Source of the DNA: Epithemia pelagica
Taxonomy: Eukaryota; Protista; Bacillariophyta
Reading direction: 5' to 3'
DNA length: 64,000 bases
NCBI GenBank assembly: GCA_946965045.2
Contig: OX337232.1
Coordinates: 1,426,001-1,490,000, forward strand
Part shown: piece by piece, positions 56,983 to 64,000 of the stretch
Layout of the letters: the number at the start of each line of letters is the position of its first letter
How positions within the stretch are numbered: position 1 is the stretch's first letter
Notes under the pieces: model-generated
The model's input: the letters and a program-made list of their open reading frames with translations, nothing else
Told to the model about the DNA's origin: nothing
Database searches by the model: none
Position numbers and translations under genes: made by a program

Positions 56983-57320
56983 ATTTTTATTGTAGAAGGT
57001 GTACCCGTTCTTCCAACAAAAGTTCTACATGTATCCAAATATACATCAACAACCCATTGTGATTGCTATCTAGGCACCAACCCCCTGTATCTCTTGAGCC
57101 TAAAAGATGTTTTCAGATGTTGAATTTACGTTTTTATTTCACAAAAGAAAGTGATTTGGAAAGTTACTGTTGCCGCCAGAACCACTGAAAGTGCTTCTGT
57201 TGCATATGATTCTTGAATCAACTGTCTCGATCGATGTCCATAAAGAGCAACGACATGCAGCTCTTTCGGCTGTATCGATGAGCCGCATCTATACCATGCA
57301 CCATAAAGTCCTTGTCACAC

Positions 57321-59294
57321 TCAATCCTTAGACTTCTTGTCCTTCTTCTTTTTCTTCTTCTTTTCGTCACTTGAAGACTTGCTTTTAGACGATTTCTTAG
57401 AAGATGATTTTGATTTGCTTTTAGATGACTTGCTTGTCTTGGATGTAACGGACGCCGCAGAAGAAATGGAATGTGATTTCTTTTTCCCAAATACTTCGTT
57501 TGGAGTGAAATCAGGTATTGCCTTTGGTGGGAAGGGTTTGATTCCAGCTTGTGTAAAGTACTGGACAAACTGTTCAGGAACGTCAGAAAAGGCGTGACCC
57601 ACACACTCTCCTGCATTGCCGCCATACTCAGCCATTGCGGCAAAGGAGATGTTGTTACGCGATATTGGGACTCCATTCGAATGCTCCAATTTTCCATCTT
57701 CTCCACCAACTAGCTTTTTGGCGTCTGTGAAATCGCCACTGCCAATTCCAATTACAGTAATAGACAATGGAGCATCATCGGCGGCCGTGCAAATTGTATC
57801 AATGCAGTCTTGTACGTCGCTAATCGCACCAGTGGTCAAAATCACCAAGTTGGCATATCCTTGACGACCTTCCTGGTTGGCATTGGTGGCTCGGAACATG
57901 GCAGCCTCAATAATATGCATGAGTTCGCCATCCTGTTTCATTTCTAAGTTCTTGTTGTTGGCCGCAAGGACCTTGTCATAGGTTTTCACCAGATTGTCTG
58001 CACCTTGAATGTTTTCACCCATTACAAAATAGGACTTGTGGCCTTTCTCCCCTTGCAAATGGCCGCCGTATCCCCACATGATATACCCTTTGTTACCACC
58101 ATATCCATCAAACACGCTTCCCACTTTAATGAGTGCAGCCTGGTAATCATTTAACCAGCTATCTGAGATGTGGTGCAATCCTTCCCGTTCCTTTCGGTTT
58201 CCATTGGCTGTTGTGCAGTCAATCGCAACCATGAAATCCAGCTCACACCCACCCGACAGAAACTGAAGCATGCTTGGAATGTTCAAGATGTTCGCCTTGA
58301 GGATTTTCAGCATTCCATTCTTTTTCAGCTTAGTACCTCCTAGTAATTTCCGTCTTTCCACCATGACATCAAAGACAGGGATACCTCTGTGGGATTTCTC
58401 AACGAGATCACGAACCGTGGTTTCGACGTATCCGATTAACTCATCAGAAGTAAAACGATTCCATTCCCAGACACTGATTTTGAGCGGATTGGTGGGTTCG
58501 TCATCACAAATTAGCTGAAGTGGTATACGGCCAACCTGCCATGTAGGGTTCTGATTATGATCGACATGAATTTCGGATTTCCATACCACCGTCCAACTTT
58601 GATCTTCCTCCAACAGCTTCTCCAGACGGAAATAAAACTCGCAAAAATCAAGGACATTGTTGGCCATGTTTTGAGCAATGTTGTGCCCACCCTTCTTGTT
58701 GACTTTATGGTCCAGCATTCCAAGACTTTGCGAAGCAAACCGAAATTCCAAAACCTCTCGTGCTTCGACAATTTCTTGTCCTGTAAGGACAGTAAAAGCC
58801 TTTCCATGCTGAAGAGGCTTGGCAATCGAACAACCAGGAGCTCCCATGAGTTCTCCAAGAGTAAAGATGCATCCACCAATATAGTCATGTTCTTTCAGGT
58901 CCGTCGCATACCGGAGATCTTCATTGTACACCCGAATCACGTAGGCTTGTTGCTCTTGGAACCTAAATTCAAGACGAAAGGTGTTTTCAAAGCACGGATT
59001 CTCATCCTCTCGAACGACTGCAGTTCGTCCAACTTCGCGTTCTTGTTTGCTCGGAAGACTGCTCACTTTTTGCTTGTCCTTGTTATTTAACACTCCCTGT
59101 GGAGCTTCCCAAATACCGCAAAAGGCGTCGGCGTTACTGAAGCTATCCTTCTTGGGAAGCTTTCGGCACTCGATTATCAAATCAAGCTTGACGGAAGGTG
59201 CTGTAATCCGTGATTCCCAAGCCAGCCATGAGTTATTTCGCTTCAAACTACGACCACCATGGTGGTGGTTCAGGCTGATATTGATATGGTTCAT
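57321..59294 (-). CDS. Copine (C2-C2-vWA)
   Basis: Two C2 domains, then AIDCTTANG, ILTTGAI, PLSITVIGIGSGDF, DVPEQFVQY. Confidence 0.9.
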   Translation of the reverse strand: MNHINISLNHHHGGRSLKRNNSWLAWESRITAPSVKLDLIIECRKLPKKDSFSNADAFCGIWEAPQGVLNNKDKQKVSSLPSKQEREVGRTAVVREDENPCFENTFRLEFRFQEQQAYVIRVYNEDLRYATDLKEHDYIGGCIFTLGELMGAPGCSIAKPLQHGKAFTVLTGQEIVEAREVLEFRFASQSLGMLDHKVNKKGGHNIAQNMANNVLDFCEFYFRLEKLLEEDQSWTVVWKSEIHVDHNQNPTWQVGRIPLQLICDDEPTNPLKISVWEWNRFTSDELIGYVETTVRDLVEKSHRGIPVFDVMVERRKLLGGTKLKKNGMLKILKANILNIPSMLQFLSGGCELDFMVAIDCTTANGNRKEREGLHHISDSWLNDYQAALIKVGSVFDGYGGNKGYIMWGYGGHLQGEKGHKSYFVMGENIQGADNLVKTYDKVLAANNKNLEMKQDGELMHIIEAAMFRATNANQEGRQGYANLVILTTGAISDVQDCIDTICTAADDAPLSITVIGIGSGDFTDAKKLVGGEDGKLEHSNGVPISRNNISFAAMAEYGGNAGECVGHAFSDVPEQFVQYFTQAGIKPFPPKAIPDFTPNEVFGKKKSHSISSAASVTSKTSKSSKSKSKSSSKKSSKSKSSSDEKKKKKKKDKKSKD

Positions 59295-60196
59295 GGTTCT
59301 GCTCTTTTTTGTCTCTCCGTGGTTTCAGGTCCTGTTAGCATCAGCGTCGGTTGCCAATTGGCATTTTCGCCTTTTCGCAATCAATTATCAGTCACCCTAA
59401 TGACTCATGTCAACGACCTATCGGATTAAAGTTTTCGTTGTTAAGTAAAGAAGTGACATAAAAGGTATTAACCGCTCGGGAGATTGTTGGGGGAATCCCA
59501 ACCTAGCATTTCTCGAAGATAAGCCCTTTTCTCAATTTTTTCTGGGTCTCGACGGGTAACCTTACTTGTTCGAACAACAAACAACTCACTCTCCGTTCTG
59601 TTCTCTGCCATTGCCATTTGCAATGGTAGAAGAGTGACGACTGTTATCAATTGACTTTTTTCCTTTCGACGTCTTGCTTGAGGAAACCGTTGTGCGTGCA
59701 ACGCATGATCGATTGGGCAAGCAAGTGGTACGTGATGGGAGCCATAGCCATGGGATTGGGATATCTTCGAAGAGGAAATGGTGGAATGTTGCTGAGTCGC
59801 TAGACTCAAGTCTGGCGTTGAGATCAGAAATAGTGATTTGTGATGGGATCGCAAACGAATAGAACAAACCTTGCGTGCTTTTCATTCCTCTTCGGTTTTG
59901 TGACATTGACCACGAACTGACAGGACACTACGTAATTCAGAGTAGCTCTTTATCTTCGCCACATACATCCAACTATTTATTTTCTTTTGATTTATAGTTT
60001 TCATTGGCATGCTTTATGATCATGAGCGTACTAGAAGCACGTTTTGTTGGCATTCAAGCTGGGTAGCCACAAGGTACCAGCATCCAGCATACCAGATGGG
60101 TAGCCACAAGGTACCGTCTGGACGTCCATCGTACTTTGGTTTGTCGGTTCATTTTCAACCTCTTCAGGATTTGGATTGGACGTGGGAAGACAAGAC

Positions 60197-63100
60197 ATGA
60201 CGAGCCCCATGGATGTTTGCTCTGGTAAGGACGGGGAGGAATCAGCCTCGATACCAAGCGAAATCCCAGATTTGAGTGCTCTGAAAGATCCGTCGTTTCT
60301 AGAATCGATTCCAAATCCGTTAGGAGGTTTTGGACTCGACGCTCTATCCACCAACTCGTCCGGAAGATCTTCCACCGCCGTTGTTTTGGATGAGCTGGAA
60401 ATCCAGCTCAGAAACGAAGCTCTCAAATTACTCGGTGAGAATTCCAATGACATAGGAGAATTTTGGAAAAATGCAACGAAACTGTGTTGGCATATGGTTT
60501 ACATGTCAGAAAATGACACTGAAAATATCCGATACAAGGACCTTGGGGCGCTTCGAAAACTTCCAATTCTTTTATTGGAAGATATTTTGGACAGCACGCC
60601 CTTGAACAAAGCTCTTGACTTTTACAATAATCATGCGAAGTCCATGTTCCCTCTTTTGTTTGGACAACTCTTGTGGCGTCCAGATCAAAAAGTCCGTCCG
60701 TGTTGGCTACCCTTTCTGAAATTGGCCAACAAATTCACTAAGCGCTTGAGTGGACAGCCAGCCCAAAACTTTCATTACAAGGATGCAATTTCTTCGATCA
60801 TGGTGACACTTTGCCAAATCTACCCATTGTCCGAAAAATCAGCCACCAGAATATGGGGCAGTTACAATGATCAGTCCGTCACCACATTTGAGGGACGGGA
60901 AGAATTTGATGAAGAACAAGCAACCATTCTTGAATTCCTGAGTACGACGGCATCCGGAAGTGATGACGACGATGGAGAAGATGGAGCCGTTCCGGATTAT
61001 ACGATCTATGAAGCATTTTGGAAAGTGCAGCAAGATTTTAGCCGACCTAATTTGGTCCCTGTGATGGATTTCAAGAATCGACTCAAGTCTTTGGTGACAT
61101 CTCTCGAACACAACGCTGCTCCGAAAAACTCCAGTACCTCGTCCACTGAAGTCTTGGATCGAATATCGAGGAGTACATCTCGGTACCTGACGAGTAGTCG
61201 GCTGCTGTCTATGCAGTTACAGGATGCTGATTTTCACATACCGATTTTGATGCAAGTATTGATTGTATGTCATCACTTGATGAAAGTTGGTCCATCGTTA
61301 CGAGATCATTTAACGGAATCTCAGAGCCGAGCCAAAGCACTCTTGCAAAAGGTATCGCGAGAACACTATGACCTGTCACAGTCTATATTGGCGACGTCGG
61401 AAGAATCTTGGCGTCAGTGGAAGAAGAACAAGTGCTCTCCTGATTTGGATCAACGGAAATCAGAGTCCTTGATTGGCCGCAAGCGCAAACCATCTGCTTT
61501 AGGTGCGATGTCGAGCCTTTCGGATGGGGCTGATCGCAGCAAAGAGTCACTGGATATAGATCTTAAAGCAGTCTCTCGCAAAATGCACCAAACGGCACCG
61601 TCGGTCAAAGATCATTTGGAAGAGTACGCAGATGCGCTGGACCCGGAGTCTGGCATTGAAGCCGAGTACCACCCTAAAAACAATGCTTTGTTTTGCTGGC
61701 GTGCCATGCGTCTTCTTTCCACCAAGCATTTGTCGGATCTTCATTTGCTTAGTCAAAGTGGCGACTTTGAAAGGGTGGTTCGAACTGTGTATCCACGAGA
61801 TTACGGAGTTGAAATTCCCGGACCCATGCCTGAGGAAGACGAAGAAGAAAGCGAGGACGAGGAAGAGAAAGGTGATGAAGAAAGTCCCGAAGATGTAGAA
61901 ATGAAGGAGGAACATGAAGAAAAGTCGGATGGCAAGCAAGAATCCATGGATACAAACACAGAAAAAGCTGTAGCCAAAAAGGGTGAAGAGGACGAGGAGA
62001 TGGTCGATACTGCGAGGGATGACACCGCGGTGAAAGACGAAACAAAAGATGCGCCCGTGAGCACAAAGGGGGTGCCTCAATCGCGTGATAATGACGGTAA
62101 GCAGCAGCACGAAGAAGAAAACAGATCGTCTGGCATAAATGAAAAGAAGCAGGAAGAAGAGAAAGGATCATCCGAGGAAATTATTAAACAAGATGACAAA
62201 GGAGGTCTATCTAAAGAAGAGAAAGATCGGGACGGTGAAGAAAGGCTTTCAAAGAAAGACATGAAAACTGATGGAAAAGACGTGGTGAAAGTAGAAGGAC
62301 CACAACTGCCGAAGGAAGCAGATGTTGCATCCAGTAAGGATAAGGATGAAGAAGTTCCGGCTCATCGCAAGCCAACGGAATCGCAACCAAAAGGAGGAGA
62401 TGATGAGCCCGACGACGACGAGGTCCAAGTTGTCCCAAAACCATCACCGCAGCGCTATGTTGATTTATCATCGTCACGTGACTCTAAATGGCTTCCCGAG
62501 AACAACTCACAACAACGCAGAGATCAGCCCTCCCAGAGACGAGGTGGATCCGATTATAGAAGTGGATCCCGCGTAGATGACCATCGGGGTGGTGGCAAAC
62601 GAGAAGGAGCAGATAACTACACAAGTCTTGGAGGAAAGAAGGACGACCACAAGTACGAATACGATCGTCCAAGCCGTGGAGATGACAATCGAGGTAGCCG
62701 AGCTTCGGGTGGGAGGTCCAGTGGTGATGATCGTGGCGGCAACAGTAACAGTGATCGATACAGCAGTGGACGGACTACGCCGAACGAAGGACGTTCCCTG
62801 CCTCGTGACAAGGATCACAGGTATGAGGAAAGTACGCGGAATTCTGGTGATGGTGGTCGATCATCTGATGATCGTGGTGGGAATTCCCGGAAACCTCCTG
62901 GCAATGACGGCCGTGGAAGTGGTTCACGATCCAACAACAACAAGAGTGACGATACCACGAGAGGCAAATTGGACACGGGTGGAATGCGCCATGACGATCG
63001 AGGAGGACGACCCACAAGTCGTGGTGGTGAGGACCGATCCTCAAATCGAGATGACGACAATCGACTTGGTGGTGGCTGGTCCAACGAAGGAACACAGCTT

Positions 63101-63394
63101 GATGACGTACGATCGACCAACTATGGAGGTCGTGACCGTTCCATGGAACATCGCGGCGGTGGAGGTCGATATTCTTCGGACGATCGCGGGAATAGTGGAT
63201 GGGGAAGTGGAGATCGTAGTGGTGATCGTCGTTCCGATGATCGCCGCAGTAGTCGAGGGGATCGTCGTGGAGGAGAGGACCATGGCGGTAGTGGTGGTGG
63301 TGGAAGCTCGCGAGGTGGGGATTGGAGAGGAGGTGGTGATCGGAGCCGTAGTCGAGGTTCGGCTCATCGCGGGGACCGTCGACATCGGCATTAA
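60197..63394 (+). CDS. THOC1: THO complex subunit 1 (Hpr1) with long acidic and RG/RS-rich tail
   Basis: YPLSEKSA..IWG.YN, YEAFWKVQQDF, YLTSSRLLSMQLQD..F, W..WKKNKC, DPESGIEAEYHPKNN..FCWRAMRLL. Confidence 0.85.
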   Translation: MTSPMDVCSGKDGEESASIPSEIPDLSALKDPSFLESIPNPLGGFGLDALSTNSSGRSSTAVVLDELEIQLRNEALKLLGENSNDIGEFWKNATKLCWHMVYMSENDTENIRYKDLGALRKLPILLLEDILDSTPLNKALDFYNNHAKSMFPLLFGQLLWRPDQKVRPCWLPFLKLANKFTKRLSGQPAQNFHYKDAISSIMVTLCQIYPLSEKSATRIWGSYNDQSVTTFEGREEFDEEQATILEFLSTTASGSDDDDGEDGAVPDYTIYEAFWKVQQDFSRPNLVPVMDFKNRLKSLVTSLEHNAAPKNSSTSSTEVLDRISRSTSRYLTSSRLLSMQLQDADFHIPILMQVLIVCHHLMKVGPSLRDHLTESQSRAKALLQKVSREHYDLSQSILATSEESWRQWKKNKCSPDLDQRKSESLIGRKRKPSALGAMSSLSDGADRSKESLDIDLKAVSRKMHQTAPSVKDHLEEYADALDPESGIEAEYHPKNNALFCWRAMRLLSTKHLSDLHLLSQSGDFERVVRTVYPRDYGVEIPGPMPEEDEEESEDEEEKGDEESPEDVEMKEEHEEKSDGKQESMDTNTEKAVAKKGEEDEEMVDTARDDTAVKDETKDAPVSTKGVPQSRDNDGKQQHEEENRSSGINEKKQEEEKGSSEEIIKQDDKGGLSKEEKDRDGEERLSKKDMKTDGKDVVKVEGPQLPKEADVASSKDKDEEVPAHRKPTESQPKGGDDEPDDDEVQVVPKPSPQRYVDLSSSRDSKWLPENNSQQRRDQPSQRRGGSDYRSGSRVDDHRGGGKREGADNYTSLGGKKDDHKYEYDRPSRGDDNRGSRASGGRSSGDDRGGNSNSDRYSSGRTTPNEGRSLPRDKDHRYEESTRNSGDGGRSSDDRGGNSRKPPGNDGRGSGSRSNNNKSDDTTRGKLDTGGMRHDDRGGRPTSRGGEDRSSNRDDDNRLGGGWSNEGTQLDDVRSTNYGGRDRSMEHRGGGGRYSSDDRGNSGWGSGDRSGDRRSDDRRSSRGDRRGGEDHGGSGGGGSSRGGDWRGGGDRSRSRGSAHRGDRRHRH

Positions 63395-64000
63395 ATGCCT
63401 CATACTCGTTGGAATCAAATTGGAATTTCAAATTGCAACATTGGTTCGCGAAGATGCTATGTATTTGATCTACATGCAGACTGCAAATTTTACGGCGAAT
63501 CGGTGATACCGAAGATCTTTCGTGTGCGCTTGGAAGGTTAAGATTTTCTCATGTAAAGGTGAGAAAGGACGCAGCGTTGACGTTGAATGCTATAGTCATT
63601 TGCTCTTCTACCGTTAGTCGAGGTCCTATGTCATTGCCATTGATAGCATTTCTAGCTAGCGATTCCAAAATTCCAACACATTCAAGAAGATCCGGTCGCA
63701 CATCTTTTGCATGCATTCCCACCTTTTCTCGAATCTAAAAAACACAACAACCAACAACAACGAAACGAATTGGCAGAAAGTATAAAAAGATGCTTCTGAT
63801 CGGAAGACAAAAGTTTGTTATGTTTGTTATCCTTTGCCTGGTTTTGTTTGTCCAGCGATGCAGTGCCACGTTTGACTTGAGTCGGCATGTGTTTGTCTTT
63901 CGCAGTTGCGTCGGACGACCATCGACTCACGTGAACTTGTACGATGACACGTCGTCGTACCCCAATGACATTTCGGCCTATATGAATGCAAGTCTCCCCA

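Noticed and set aside
62577-63506. 309-aa same-strand and 218-aa antisense ORFs overlapping the THOC1 tail
   Set aside because: Expected by-product of the repetitive GAT/CGT/GGT codon content.
63682-63930. 82-aa minus-strand ORF at the window edge
   Set aside because: No motif. It may belong to a gene outside the window but cannot be supported.

Overview
Eukaryotic nuclear DNA, most likely from a diatom (bipartite ASAF-type plastid presequences, short GT-AG introns, a DUF6824-type protein, diatom-type Ty1/copia elements). The left half (1-32.6 kb) is a transposon island. It holds a truncated TET/JBP-like 2OG-Fe(II) dioxygenase ORF, two divergent head-to-tail Dada/DUF6729-like DDE transposase genes (the second split by a nested LTR retrotransposon), a Crinkler/RHS-like pseudogene and a young intact copia element. 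Two host genes (amino-acid transporter, NMD3) lie within it. The right half is ordinary gene-dense sequence: CPPED1-like, Deg protease, SLU7, SP-RING protein, DPH3, agmatine deiminase, DUF6824 protein, AlkA-type glycosylase, GFA protein, RPIA, copine, THOC1. The most striking signals are in the two copia elements. (1) In the intact element, gag and pol are in the same frame, separated by a single UGA-C codon, an 8-nt spacer and an extended stem-loop, which is the architecture of programmed stop-codon readthrough. (2) Both elements have primer-binding sites complementary to a tRNA anticodon arm ending at position 40 (half-tRNA priming), but for Asn and Ile rather than iMet. (3) Their LTR termini are non-canonical (CG...CG with a 4-bp TSD; TG...TA with a 5-bp TSD). 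No tRNA, rRNA or CRISPR array was found. All family assignments are from motif recognition, not database searches.
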